A stretch of 64,000 bases of DNA, taken from positions 2,046,001-2,110,000 of the forward strand of contig JBLDXI010000004.1 of assembly GCA_047495785.1 (NCBI GenBank), written 5' to 3'. The notes beneath the pieces were generated by a model. The model was given only the letters and a program-made list of their open reading frames with translations. It did no database searches and had not been told where the DNA came from. Position 1 is the first letter of the stretch, and the number at the start of each line of letters is the position of its first letter. This DNA is from Lepidodermella squamata. Lineage: Eukaryota; Animalia; Gastrotricha. Below, one piece after another: positions 49,201 through 62,900 of this stretch. The translations under genes were made by a program, and so were the position numbers.

Positions 49201-51000
49201 GCGTTGAATCTGGTTTTCTTCGCCTGCTGGGTCGGCTTCTTCCTCGGCAGCCAGGGCTTTTCGACGTTTGGCAGCATTTGGCTGACAACTTGGACTTCGG
49301 ACCCGCTCCTAAACAATGCAACGCTAGCTAATACAACGGAGTACATGGATAAGTCGAACATGTACCTGGGCGTGTATGGTGCGGCTGCGGCCGGCCAGGC
49401 TTTCTGCATCCTAATGCAGTCGCTGTTTTTCGCAACTTCGTCGACCCAGGCAGCGAGAACTATGCACCAGGCCATGTTGGTGCGCGTCATGCGATGCGCG
49501 ACCGCCTTTTTCGATACAACCCCCATCGGCCGCATCCTTACTCGATTCGGTCGAGATACTGACGTGGTCGATAATTCGATTCCGCAAGTCATGCGATCTT
49601 GGATGACATCCCTCGTAAGTTGATTGCAAATTCGAAAATCAGATTTAAATCAATGTTTCCGTTTTCAGTTTCAAATCCTGATGTCGATTTTCATTGTGAT
49701 CTACGGCTTCCCGCTGTTCGCAATCGCAGCTGTGGTCATGGGCGCTTTCTACTACTTTGTACAGCGGTTCTACATCCCGACAACGCGCCAGCTGAAGCGT
49801 ATCGAATCCGTGACTCGAGCCCCGATCTACAACTACCTGGCCGAGACAGTCACCGGTGCGGCGACTATTCGAGCGTTCAACGCCCAGGGCCGATTTCAGG
49901 ACGAACTGACGAAGCGCATCGACACGAATCAAATGAGCTACCTGCCGAGCTCGTCTTGCAACCGATGGCTAGCCATTCGATTGCAACTCATCGGAAATCT
50001 GACGGTTTTCGCAGTATCCATGCTTGCGATTTTCTACCGAAGCACGACAAACAGCTCGATAGTCGGCCTAGTTCTGTCCTCGTCATTGCAAGTCACCAAT
50101 TCACTGACGATGTTTGTTAGGCTATCCTCAGACTTGGAAGCGAATATCGTTTCGGTTGAGCGGGTTCAAGAGTACGCTGTCCTGCCGAGTGAAGCTGACT
50201 GGGAAGTGCCGGAGAGGTCGCAAGGCCGAGATTGGCCTAAATCAGGACGAATCGCCTTCGAAAAGTACGAAACCCGCTATAGGCCCGGGTTGAAGCTGGT
50301 ACTCAACGGAATTTCGTGCGAGATTAGGCCCGGCGAGAAGGTGGGCATCGTGGGCCGAACTGGGGCTGGTAAATCGTCGCTGACCCTAGCGTTATTCCGG
50401 TTGATTGAGGCAGCAGGCGGGCGTATTCTGATCGATGGCGTTAATATCGCGGAGTTAGGGCTGCATCAACTGCGGTCGAGATTGACAATCCTCCCACAAG
50501 ATCCTGTTGTGTTCTCTGGCACGATCCGCCACAACCTGGACCCGTTCGACCGTCACAGTGATGCGACGCTGTGGGAGGCGCTCGACCACGCCGGCCTGAA
50601 AGACTTCGTCGCCGGTTGCGAGAAGGGCCTGTCGCACGAGTGCGGCGAGAACGGCGAGTCGCTGTCTGTCGGCCAGCGGCAGTTGCTGTGCCTGGCGAGG
50701 GCGTTGCTGAACAAGACCAAAGTGCTGGTGCTGGACGAGGCGACGGCGGCGGTGGACGTGGAGACGGACGAGCACATCATGAGCACGATCCGGCGCGAGT
50801 TCGCCGACTGCACGGTGCTGACGATCGCGCACCGCCTGCACACCGTCATGGACTCGGACCGCATCCTCGTGCTGGACCAGGGCCGTGTCGTCGAATTCGA
50901 CTCGCCCGCTGCCCTGCTTGCCAATGCGGACTCCGTGTTCGCCGGCATGGCTCGATCGGCGAAGGCTCGGCCCGGTGGTGATGATGAACTTGAAGATTAA
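46254..51000 (+). CDS. ABCC1-like: ABCC/MRP1-like transporter, copy B, ~1544 aa; exons 46254-46286, 46345-49614, 49669-51000
   Basis: About 29 aa differences from copy A by manual count; all ABC motifs intact. Confidence 0.96.
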
Positions 51001-51276
51001 TTCAACACTGAACTGTGATCATTGTACGTATTTGAGATTCCAATAAAAGCCATTTTTCCATTGATTCTCAATGAAGCGCTTTGAATTGCATTTTAGTTAG
51101 CTAGGTGTGCCTAAAAATGCGAAAATGAATTTCCTTCACACCGGTTTTTACTTGTCAGTTGCGTCGATTCAGCTGTACTCATCATTGAGCGCTTGTCAAG
51201 TGAAAAACTGATGATGGTCACGAGATCAAGGAATTAACAAGTCTTGATGAATCATTTCGCACACATAAAACTACTC

Positions 51277-51408
51277 GGGACTACTCCAAAACAAATGACA
51301 CCAAAATAAAAGCTACCATAACAGCCAAACTTTTCGATTGTTGCGCAACGAGAACAATCGGATTTTTTGGTCTCTTTCGTTTTTTCTTGGCTGTTTTGGA
51401 GTAGTCCC
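51277..51408. mobile_element. 132-bp MULE-type MITE
   Basis: TIR GGGACTACTCCAAAACA / TGTTTTGGAGTAGTCCC, 9-bp TSD AAACTACTC; empty site in copy A at ~8598-8606. Confidence 0.9.
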
Positions 51409-51541
51409 AAACTACTCAAGTCAGATTAATCTTTTTTATTCATCTATGGAAGAAGCGCAGTTCACTCAATGCAATGGTTAAATGAAAAGGGCTTTCTATA
51501 CTAAATAATTTAGAGAGAAGGGCTCAAGTTAGGCAGACGAG

Positions 51542-51650
51542 CTATACGGTTCATAGTTAGTGGCCTGCGTACCCTTCTGTTTCCTCGAATATTATACCAA
51601 CATATTTTTTTTCATGAATATATTTTGCTATATATAATATATATTTAATA
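51542..51650 (+). mobile_element. Diverged 3'-end fragment related to the CR1-clade LINE
   Basis: CTATACGGTTCATAGTTAGTGGCCTGCG..CTTCTG.TCCTCGAAT matches 12011-12059. Confidence 0.7.
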
Positions 51651-51811
51651 AATCATAATAATTATGTAGGAAATGTGCTGGGGATTATACAGAGTTAGCT
51701 TTGAAACATGGATTCTTAATTCTTAATAGCATAGCAGTTAAGGCAGCAGCAGAGTCGCTGATGACCGACGCCAGTTTGCCGGCAGTCTTTCACGGTTCAA
51801 TCATGTAAGGT

Positions 51812-52671
51812 TCAACCTCGATCTCTGATCGTGCTGCAGTTGTTAGAGTAGTTGTTTTCACTGAAGAAAAACGTAAAAGAATAATAAGTTGAAAATGAGA
51901 GTTTAAGCTTGACTGTTCACTCACATTATGCAGTTCTGAAAACGGATGCACGTACTGTTGTGGCGGGAAGGAAAACGTCATTATTTGTATCAGGTTGAGA
52001 TGGAGTGGAATTGTGATGTTAATGATTAGGCTAACCTCTGCGGGTTGCAGTTACGGTGCAGACAGTTCAAACAGTTGCTGAGAACGGTAGCTTGATTGTT
52101 TCCGACGTTCCTCGCAGATCTTTTGCACATTGCCTCGGTGATGTTTACGATGGTTTCGCACGATGGAGGCGGAACGAAATTTGGCAACTTGACGTTGGTG
52201 CAATTCTCGGGCTGGTTGGTGGCGTAGTCGATCCAAGCTTTGCACTTAGTCTGGTTTGTATTCACTTTAGGGCTGTAAATAAACCATAAGCAACAATGAA
52301 ACAATCGATGGTTCGACTCACTCGTACAAGGCCGTGTTGTTCACTGTCAAACACCTGAGTACGTACGAAAGCGAGTTTAAGAAGGTAAAAGAGATTCGGG
52401 TAAACATGTCAATTCTCACCGATGGCACAACAGAAGTTGCATGCCCCTGCCAGTCAGCGAGTGATTCGAGAGATTCGATGAGCATCTCGACCTGCAATCA
52501 AAGACATGAAAAGCACGAATACTATAGGATATAGTATTAGGGTGGTAAAAAAGCTCACCGAATGATGGTACTGACGCGCCTGGCGATGTTCGTGCAAACG
52601 TTCGATGGCTGATTTTGCATCGACGCGAAAGCAGCGAGACACACCACGGCAGTAGCTAATCTCGCGATCAT
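51812..52671 (-). CDS. Secreted 14-Cys glycoprotein of unknown family, ~180 aa, 6 exons
   Basis: MIARLATAVVCLAAFAS signal peptide; spliced frame ..CTN..RC..CHR|CL..CKAW..ENC..SC..MC..CLNC..NC..|TC..NC|..NNCSTIRDRG*; TATA at 52732-52744. Confidence 0.8.
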
Positions 52672-54675
52672 AATTCAGTCAGTTGTTGTTGACAGTGCGA
52701 TGAGTGAAATGCAGAAATGTCTGCAGGGCGTCTGTATTTATAGCATATATCAGCACGATTGGTTTGAGCGGCGCGCGTCATTATCGCGTGCTCGCCGAGG
52801 TCGCGGCAAACGAACGCCAGTAGACGTTATAGCAGGTGAAGTTGAAGCTGAGCGTCAGGAAACCTTTGTTGCCAGCAGAAAGTGCCCTGTGTAGTAGCTA
52901 ACTCGTAGTAGGAAAAACAGTATAGCCAGCATCGTGTTGCGTTCAAGTCACTGGCGGCAGCTGTAAAGACGTAAAGAAATAGAGAAATTAAACAATTAAA
53001 GATATAAGAGGCGTCAATTACCGGAGTCGCGCCAAGCCTAATCGAATGACTGACCGACTATCTCTGCACTCATTGACTCAGTCAGTGGGTAGTGTGTTAT
53101 TCTAGATGATGGGGGTTGCCGTCAATCTCGTATAATTTTTCCCTACTACTATCATAACACGTGCAAACTTCAAGAAAACATGGCACGTTGAACGAAAAAG
53201 AATTGCATCGTGGTGTTATTAGAACGAGAAATAACGGAATATTCTATGCCTATGGCCATGGAGAAATAAAATTCCCCTCAATTTCGAACCCCGAGTGAGT
53301 TGGGCGCACGAATCGAGGGGTTCCAGAGAAGTTCCATTAAAGGCGTTCCATTTACCATGCGCGTGTAGGAATAACAAATCCCACCGGAATATCCATCAGC
53401 TAGATCAGAAAACAGGAAAATGTACGGCTCGAGCAAAGAGAATGAGAAACGTCAAGTTTCATTTGAAACGGGACTCGAGACGTGACGCGAGTTCAGCTAA
53501 TATTCGAAGTTTTCAATGCAGCAAAGCGAATTTTTTCATGAGGGTCACATGCATTTTGCAAATATCTTTTAGTCCTGCTCTGCTGGCAATCATAATCGGA
53601 ATTAGCCATGAATGAGCAGTTTGTTGAGCTCATCGACATCAGGTGGGCGATGTTGCATCGTATGAGCGTTCAGTTTTCAATTGTTCAATTGCTTCGCGAG
53701 ATTCACGTTGCTTTTCCAAGTAGAGAAGTTAAAAACAATGCCTATTTTACAACTTTCAAGCGTGTCGCTCGTAAAATTTACATTTATGAATGAAACCTAT
53801 AGAAGCAGCAGTTCATGTGCATTTGTTACAGGGTTTCGTGATAAGTAAATAATGTTCACCTGATAGAGGAAAAATGGTAAGAATACTACACTAAAGCTAA
53901 AACTTTAAAGCAAAAATGATTCGCGTAGAATTTATTGAGGAAATATTAATCTGCCTACCCGACTCAGATTTAACACTGGTGGACGGTTGACACATTCCAC
54001 TTCAGAAATAAATCCGAGTCAACGATAATATGATTCAATAACTGTAAGAAGAAATTTTGAAGGATGGCAAAATATGCAGCAAACAAATTGATATTAAAAA
54101 TGCTTCAAATCGAATTAATTATTAGTAAGTATAAGTCTGCTTCGAATCGTTGGTTTGAGTGACAACTCTGGACATTTGTTCTCTATGGTTCAGCTGCATC
54201 AAAATCAGTTAGCTTTGATAATTCTGCGATTCTGCTTCCGCAAGTATGATCGAAAATATGAAGTTCCCCGTGCAATGTGGAGAAGAAATTCAGCCATGAT
54301 GCTTGCTATTTGCAATTGATGGCCAATATTCAGTCGCAAGTAGCGTATTATGTTAGCTGCTATCGCGATAGAAAACAAGAGCCTATACGTAGGTTGTGAT
54401 AGTGAATTAAGCAATTTTGGACTCCATCTGTATGCAAGAATGATGCGTGAATCGAGGTTCTGATGAGAGCGAGGATCGGTTCTAGAACTAACTGCTACCA
54501 AGCTGGTTTCCTGGAATAAAATAGACGATGAGAGAATAAGGAATAAGCAATGCGTATTATAGAAATCTTTATTCGAAGAGATTTTACTATCACGAGTCAT
54601 TTCATCAGGTCAGCTTATTTCCTGCTATCATTATGATGTATTGACGAAGCAACTTGTTGCGAGCTTATTGTATCA

Positions 54676-55601
54676 TCAGCCTCTGCCAGCAGCAGCCGCG
54701 CAGTTTTTCTCGTTGTTGTTCTTGCTGTTAAGGAAAAAAATCAATCTATTAAGATATCTTGATTGCTATTTAGTATCAGTCACTCACGTCATGCATGCTT
54801 GCTGGTTTTCGCATGTGCTGTTGCGGAATCAATCAATCCATCAATCAGTAAATCATTATGTAAGGGTGCGATGGAAGCTTACTCGTAAAAGTTGCACTTT
54901 TCGCCGAGGCACGCGAAGCACCTGGCGCTGCGCATAAAGTCGAATGCACCTCCTCCGTTGGACGATGACGCGCCCATGCAGATGGTTTTGGCGTTCGCCT
55001 CGACGGTTAGGCACCTCTCCGGCAGCTTGCAAACCTGCATAATGTGAAGATTCAAAATTCAAAACTCGGCCTCACGTAAGAAAACGGTCTCATGAAGACG
55101 TCAAGAAAGTGAAAAATGAAAGAAATGAATAGCACACCGTCGGTTGCTGTGTGACGTAAGCGATCATCAGCTGGCACGCAGTTTCGTTGGTTTTGTACGT
55201 TGTCCTATAATTTCGTAAACAAATCACTTGTGAAAAATTGATTGATTCTGCGACCTTTCGACTCACTTGATAGCTTCGGGCGTATCCTTCCACAAGCAAC
55301 TGCGGATTTCAAAACAAAACGTTGTTGATACTTGTTCTCGTTTTTTCTAGCAATTTCTCACCGGTGGCAGTTATTGAACGTTTCATTCTTCGCGCGCTCA
55401 GCCCACGATCCAGCGGGGGTCGGGCATTTCGTCCTGAAATCGATAGTAGATTCGAATATGATGAAAAGTAGCGATGAGAACTCACTCGATGACGGGCTTG
55501 AGGCGGGCTGTGCAAATGTCATTTGTAGAGCGGTTAGGCCAGTCAGCCGATGCGACGGCAACGAGCAGGCACATCAAGGCAGCAGAAACTCCGGTGATCA
55601 T
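54676..55601 (-). CDS. Divergent paralog of the secreted 14-Cys protein, 7 exons
   Basis: MITGVSAALMCLLVAVASA signal peptide; ..ICTA..|TKC..NCHR|CLW..|..ACQL..|VC..RC..IC..CFAC..KC..|TC..AC|..KNCAAAAGRG*; same phase-2 introns; TATA at 55665-55677. Confidence 0.82.
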
Positions 55602-57101
55602 TTTTTTAAACAATATCAAACTTGATGGAGGATTTCGATGATGTGAACAAGCTCCAGTACGCGGCTGTATTTATAGCCTGCGTGTGTCGACATGTCTCAG
55701 CAACTGGGTCGCTGTTTTTTCCCTGCTGCTGCTTGCATCCCTGCCCTGGTTGCTGCTCGAACGCAGCGATGGCGGCGGTGTGTGAAGCCACACCACGCAT
55801 GCCGAAATTTCTCGGCAAACACAAAAGAAGAACAAACTTATTGCATGAACAGGTCGCCGTCGTCGTCTTTGTTTTTTTCTAAAACACATCATCGCGATGC
55901 TCACAAGGCCTGCGTCAAATCCATCAGCTGTATCAAATATTAAAATAATAGCAGTAGCAGCATCATCAGCAGCAAAAAACAAATAGTCGTGCTCGAGTGA
56001 CAACTGGGAGAAACTGGTTCCTGGTAACAATGAAGACGCGAGCGAGTGCACCTACATGGGGTGACGTGGGATTTCAGCATGATCATCAATTCTCTGATCG
56101 GCCTTCACGTGTTTCGTCAACAACTGATAAAGCAAATGCACAAATATAGTACGAATTCTCAGCACGAATGTACTTCCAGCCGTGCGAAAATCGATATGTT
56201 CTGTGTTCCAAGGTTGGAGGTTGGGATAAGATTGGGTTGATCCGAAAAATCTGACTCAAACACAATGGCTAATTTCTCATCCTCGAAGCCAAAAAACAAT
56301 GAAAGCTTAACTTTTCACTCAAATCGCTTGCGAAACTATTTTCTAACGACGTACTATCGGAAAATTTCTATGCCGGCATGTTTTTCATATTTTTCGATTC
56401 TAGCCAACGAACTCGCTGGCTTTCCGAAGCTGCCTGCTGACTGAAAGATAACTTGACCGAAATTGATTAAAAATGAGTAAATAAGTATCCGTGATGCAAG
56501 GTGTCCTAGAAAACAAGATTATTGCCACTGTATGCTAATTTATCATCGAATTTTTGCCCTACATTCTTGCAAGGCTGCTTTTAGCTAAACTTGAGGACGG
56601 CGGCAATATTCAAAATAAAGTGAATCATTTTTGCTCATTAGAATATTCTCGTATAAAAACTTACTACACACATGCGAAGTGCTGGCACGGGTGCGTAGTA
56701 TTGGCTATGTGTAGTAAAAGCACACACATACATACACATATGTGCCAATACTACTACACTATATGGAATGTGCGCAGATAAGGCTAATACACACACACAC
56801 ACATATATTACGCATGCATGCATACACATGTGTAGTGCGATATACGATATCGCAACGAGTCTGCTTTTACGAGGCCATCATGCTTGCCGCCGTATCGAGA
56901 GCAGTCGCAGTCGCAGCTGCTTATCAATAGGCGAGTCTTCTTAAAACAGAGCAAACTCTATTCAGTTGAAGCGATTTCAATAAAACAGTAACAAGGTTAC
57001 GCCATCACAATCATCAGCCTGCTTTAGCCGGACATCACATCGCATAAATAGCGGGTGAAATACTTCTCGCAAGATCATATTCAATCACTACTACTAGAAA
57101 A

Positions 57102-58657
57102 ATGCCACTCTTCAACGATACAGACAGCATACCCATATATTTGGGCATCACAGCCGGTGTGACAGTCGTCATGCAACTGTCATTCTTCGCCGTTGCCTAC
57201 TGCTTCAAATTCGACAAGGTGAATACTTTAAACTTTGATGATGATTAACCTTGACTTCTCTATCGATTTAGGTAACTGACCTTGCTGGCTCGCTCAACTT
57301 CCTCGTGCTCGCCATTCTCGTTCTGCTGATGCAGCGCACGTTCCACGTGCGGCAGATCGTCATGACGTGCCTCGTCGCCGTGTGGGCCCTCCGCCTCGGC
57401 GGCTTCCTGCTCAACCGCGTGCTGCGCCGCCAGAAGGACGCGCGCTTCGACGAGATCCGCGAACACTTCGGCAAGTTCCTCGCCTTCTGGATCGGCCAGA
57501 TGGTGTGGGTGTGGATTGTCTCGCTGCCTATGAGCATGACCAACGCCGCGACCATCGATGCCGAACTGTCGCCCTTCGACTACGTCGGCTGGTCATTATG
57601 GACCATCGGATTTCTCATCGAAACCATCGCAGATCAGCAAAAGTATGAACAGGTGAGCATTCACGTCGATTTACGTTTTTCCGACGAGTTCTCGTAAAAA
57701 TGTCCTCTTAATGGGACTAACAAGAAGGACATTTCTGAGTTTGAAATTTCTTCGGGAAAATGTAGCTTGAAAACCTTTACTTTAGTAGCTAATTTTGAAG
57801 AAAATGGGACAGCTGGATGGGTTTTAAATTTCATGGGAAGTCTCAACATATTTTTGAAAATTTCCCTCTAGAAAAAAGATTGATGTTACCGGAAACGGAG
57901 TTTTCCGTGGGAATTCATAGGAAACTAGGTTAAGATTAAAGATTCTCGAATCTGAGAAGAATCAAACCAAGTTCGAGTGTGTCTCTTCGACCCCTTTGAG
58001 CCCCCTTTGACTTGTGGAAAGCCTCTATAGTTAAGTACATTGCAAAGCCACTCAATTACTCTGAATTTCTGTAGCTAATACCTAATTTTATTTCTCGATA
58101 TCCAGGTGAAAAAGCGCGAGGAAGCTGTAGCAGCGGCTGAAGCGGTGCAACCGAGCGGGCAGGCGAGACCTGCTGGGCAGCAGCGTCGTGGATTCGAGGC
58201 GCCTGGTGGTGTGTGGCTTGCCTCTCGCCATCCGAACTACTTTGGCGAGATCCTGGTGTGGATCGGCATATTCCTGGGCTCGTGCCCGGTGTACCCGACG
58301 AACAACTTCCCAGCCGGCTACATCTCGGTGCTCTCGCCCGTGTTCACGTTCGTGCTGCTCATGTTCTTGTCGGGCATGCCGGCGGCGGAGGCGGGCTCGA
58401 ACAAGCGGTACGCGGACGACGAGGCGTACCTGGCGTATCGCGCGCGGACGAGCCCGCTCGTGCCGCTGCCGACGTGCTGCTACGGCGCCATGCCGCGCCT
58501 CATCAAGGCCGTTTTCTGCTTCGAGTACCCGATCTACCGCAAGAACCTCGGCAGCCGGTCGCAGCTGCTCGAGGACGGCAACCGCTCGCCCTCGCTCGAC
58601 AGCGCCGACCTGGCAAAGAAGCAGCAACAACAGCAACCTCCAGCGATCAAGCAGTAG
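57102..58657 (+). CDS. DUF1295 / steroid 5-alpha-reductase-like membrane protein; exons 57102-57218, 57272-57652, 58106-58657
   Basis: FDKVTDLAGSLNF, WALRLG, DARFDE, ETIADQQK, SRHPNYFGE, YRARTS motifs. Confidence 0.9.
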
Positions 58658-59998
58658 CCAGCCGTCAATGTTGATACTCGATACGATACTATTCAGCTGT
58701 ATTCTACGAACTCTGTCCATGCCTATTTATAACAGTCATTTTTTCTTTTTATATCACAACTGCTTTTGACGCGCGATCAAAATAAAAGCAAATTTTTGAA
58801 TGAGTCGCCCTACTAAATCGAGCGTTTCAAGTCGTCAACTTCACTGAACTAGAGAGACGTGCTGCAACTGGAGTTGAGATTTACAGACTTTAATCGAGTA
58901 ATTTCAATCCTCAGGTTTGAAGGAACAGAATGGTCCTGAAAAAAGTGGTACCTAGAGTTCTAGTTTGTATTGAATCGTATCAGTGGTAAAGTTGAAATAT
59001 GCGGCTGTTGTTATACGATAACGTATCATGGTTGATAGCCATTTGTAGCGCAAATGGAGGTCGAAATAGATGCCCGTAGGTGAAAGTCGCATCGAAAATC
59101 GGATTAAGCAATACTAATCTGCAATGACGCTATGCGGCAGATAAATGCTGTCGAACTAGGTAAACTACCCCATTTCACTTGATAAGGGGTCCTGCTATCA
59201 CTGTAGGGAGACACACGAAACTACCAAAATGTATTCAAGTGAAAAAGGGGCACAAAGCGATGTACAATGAATCGCCACACTGTGCAAAGCGTTGCACTAG
59301 ACCTGAGGGGCTTAGGCTTCCCAATGACCATTAGCCAACACCCCAAAAATGCTTCGACTTCGATTGACCAAGCTACCTCGACAAAACTCGCAAAATTCAC
59401 CGATAGTTTAGATTGCTGGCTGGCGTTCCACTTGGCGCGGTGTGGCCACAGTGAATAACCGCGGAACAAAGTCTTGCTGATTTCGATGCACGGCTGTGAA
59501 AGCGGGAAGTGGGAAAAGAGAAGCGGTGTGTATGAGCTGAGAATGCGGCGTGCGCGTGACGAAACATGTCACGGAGTTCTCATGAAGAACTCATGAAGTT
59601 GACGACGACGCGCGGTTTGGCTCTCTGTGTGAATCTGATGTAATAAGAATAGCTGCTTACTGCTACTCTACACTAATCGAATAACAAAGTTAGTTGAGCT
59701 GCCGCGTGTGTTTAGTTAGTTGTTAACTTTCTGCGGCATGCTCGCGCGTGGGCCGGCCGGTTCCACGGCAGCTATTCATGCTCGCCTCGGCTTCTACTAC
59801 TATAACTATGCGCGCATTGTTCTCGCTTGTTCGCTCTCACGCCCTTCCACACTAAGTGACGATGCAAATACTCTGATGAAATACAGATGATTAACGTGTG
59901 ATGCCAATTTAAGACATCGTTTCACATAAAATAAACAATAAGAATATCCTATTTTTAACACGAATCAGATTGCTTTAAAAACTATGACGAATAGATCG

Positions 59999-62900
59999 AT
60001 GGCTCTGCGGTTTGTGAGCTCAACTCTAGCAGTCCTCGCCGTAGCGGTGATGCCTATCACTCGGGTCAATGCCTGTGGCTCAACATTGACACTTGTAAGT
60101 TCCTTGAAAATTACTCCGCTGGCCCCCTTTTCAATTATTGTTCGATGGCTTTTTGCGTCATAGACAACACCGTCGTGGGCGACTACGACTGAAATTCCGA
60201 AATACGTGCGCTGCGTTACCACCGGCTCAGCGACATGCCGCCTCGGTTCCTGCAGCTCCGGCGAGACACAGGTTAGTCCTGTTTATAAAACGTCCAGCCT
60301 GATCACGCCAAAAATCCAGGCTTTTCGCACTGATTTTCAAATGTTCAAAATCACGATGCGACAATGGCGATTTTATGAAGCTCAGCAGCTTTACAACAAT
60401 TATTTTCGTGTAGCTTATATTACGGCAATATATGCGACGAATTTACGCAAAACAGTTAGCGTTCTCGCAACAGAGATGATTCACCCCATTCGATTTTATT
60501 CAAAGTTGGTCCTTTTCCTTTCTCTTAGTACCCGGCAGTGGGCTACGCGACGCAGGCGCTTTGCCAAGCCGTCGTCGCGTACAAGATCTGCTACGACTAC
60601 TCGACGGACACGACGGGCCGCGGGTCGTGCGTCGCCGACACGACGGCGTGCTCCGGGACCACCAAGTACGAGTACTCGGCCCGCTTCACCGATGCGGCGT
60701 GCACCGGCTACGTAGGTAAGTATTAGACTTTCCATTCGACACTCCTATGACTTACCTAACAATAATATTGACAGTTGCTGCTTGGATGCGATGCGTGACG
60801 ACCTCGGGCACAGCTGCGCGCACGTGCCGCCCGTACGCGTACGGCTGCGCGTCGACGGAGCGGCAGTCACCGAACGCGACGCAGGCTCGCGCCAACCTCG
60901 CCACCTTCGTCGTCTCGTCCACCGACTCCACCGACTGCCTCGCCATGACGGTAACAACAGATTCACCTGTTTTCCTTTGACTGAAGCAATAGTTCCATTC
61001 AATTCCATTCGTGATACATTGTTACGCCAATATTTTCTTAATATGACTTCACCTCACATACATCCCTCTCGGACTTTCTGACGGGATACGCAGTATATAT
61101 GAGCAGTACTACAAATGCTTTTGAATTACTGAAAACAGCCGACGGTGAAGTGTTACGATACTTCGGTGACGCCTGCCGACCAAACGACCGGCATGTCATG
61201 CGCGAACGACTACACCGGCTGCGGAACAGGCCGCCAAGTCGCTTCGCAGTACCTGTTCCCATCAACAGCAGCATGCACTGCTTACTTGATCGTAAGCTGG
61301 TTATTTTTACATATCAATCCGATTGTTCATTTGCTTCTTGGTGTTCAGCCGCAATGGATGCGCTGCGTGAACGGCGGAACGACGAAATGCGTGCCGTACG
61401 ACGCCATCAACCTGGCGACGTGCCCGTCCGGTACTCAGACGCCGGCCTCCACCTACTTCATGAGCTACGACACGTGTACCGCCTACGTCACGGTAAGAAC
61501 ACCTATCTATTGTACCTTGTTGTTTCAATTTGGAGCTGGCCTAAGCAGAAAGGTAGAGATCATTCGCCTAGTAAAATGAGATAATAGTAGAGTCATTCAA
61601 GCTCTAGAAAATGGTAAATGGATTCATTTTGAGACATCCCATTCGTTATTGAATGGATGGGCGGAAGCCATGGGTCTCGAATGAGCGCTCTTAGGGTCGC
61701 TTGTTGGGGTGTCTTCAGTCGGACAGCTAGGTAGCGATTAGCGCAGTCTCCTAATCTACCATTTTTCACTTTTGTAACACGATTGACGACTACGTAAATG
61801 CTAGACTAGGCCTGCTCTGAACTTGAGATACTGTCTCTAACTACCCTATGATTGTTGTTGTGATGATTGCAGCCTTACATCAAGTGCTGGAACCCGTCGA
61901 CCAACGCCGACGTAACGACGTGCCCGGACATGGTGACCGGGTGCACGGCGCCGGCGATCCGCATCGGCTCGACGTTCACGTTCCCGACACAGGCGACGTG
62001 CCAGAGCAACTACGTCCACGTAAGACACCACAGCCTCATGGCTATTTTGTTTTATTCTGCTCGGTTAATATTTACTAACAGAACGATTGGCTGCGCTGCC
62101 GACCGGCATCTGGCACTGACAACTGTCGCCCGTACGACCTGTCGACGTATCCAACTTGTGCCACAGGAGAGACACAGGTTCTTTGATTTTTACAAAGCTT
62201 GAGCATTTTACGTCACTAATTGGGTTTTGGGATCTATTAGGTGCCGGATACGTCTACACGTTACCAGTCGCAGGCCGCATGTACGAATGCTGTCATTGTA
62301 AGTCAGCTAATGATTTTCATAGCTAAACTTAAGCGTTTCTCAACCTCCAGACCGAGTACGTGCTGTGCATGTCAACTAGCACTTACGTCGTTTCGTGCTT
62401 ATCGACGTCGAGCAGTTCTTGCGCCGATGGAACCGTGCGTTTGTACTAACAACCGTGGAATCACATTGCCAGTGTTATGTTTTATAACAGAAACTGACAC
62501 CGGCTGACGGCTCCAAGTTCTATTCTCTTTCGGCGTGCAATTCATGGAGCGGACTCGTAAGTGCCTCGTCTGTCTAATTCTGATGGCTACATCTGATTTT
62601 TTCGCGAAATCTACAGCAATACGTGCGGTGTCTGCTGGCGAGCAACCCACGGCGCTGCATCCCATCGATATACACGTCAGGCGGCAACACCGGCTGCACG
62701 GCACTCGGCGCGTCTTACACCCAGGTTCGTATTACATAGACGCCTTCCTCTGAGCAATATCTTGAACTCGAGTTGTTGTTATTTCAGTCTCCTGCAAGCA
62801 CAACTTTCTCGACGTTAGCAGCGTGCCTGCTCGACGAACGACAGGTTTGCATTAAAAACACCGTGCAACCCATGTTGAATTATTGCGCCCTGTTATCATA

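Larger units (their letters stand above)
43290..54042 (+). repeat. Segmental duplication copy B (compact, intact genes)
   Basis: Same gene order as 750-25741; lacks the copia and the intronic insertions of copy A. Confidence 0.95.
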
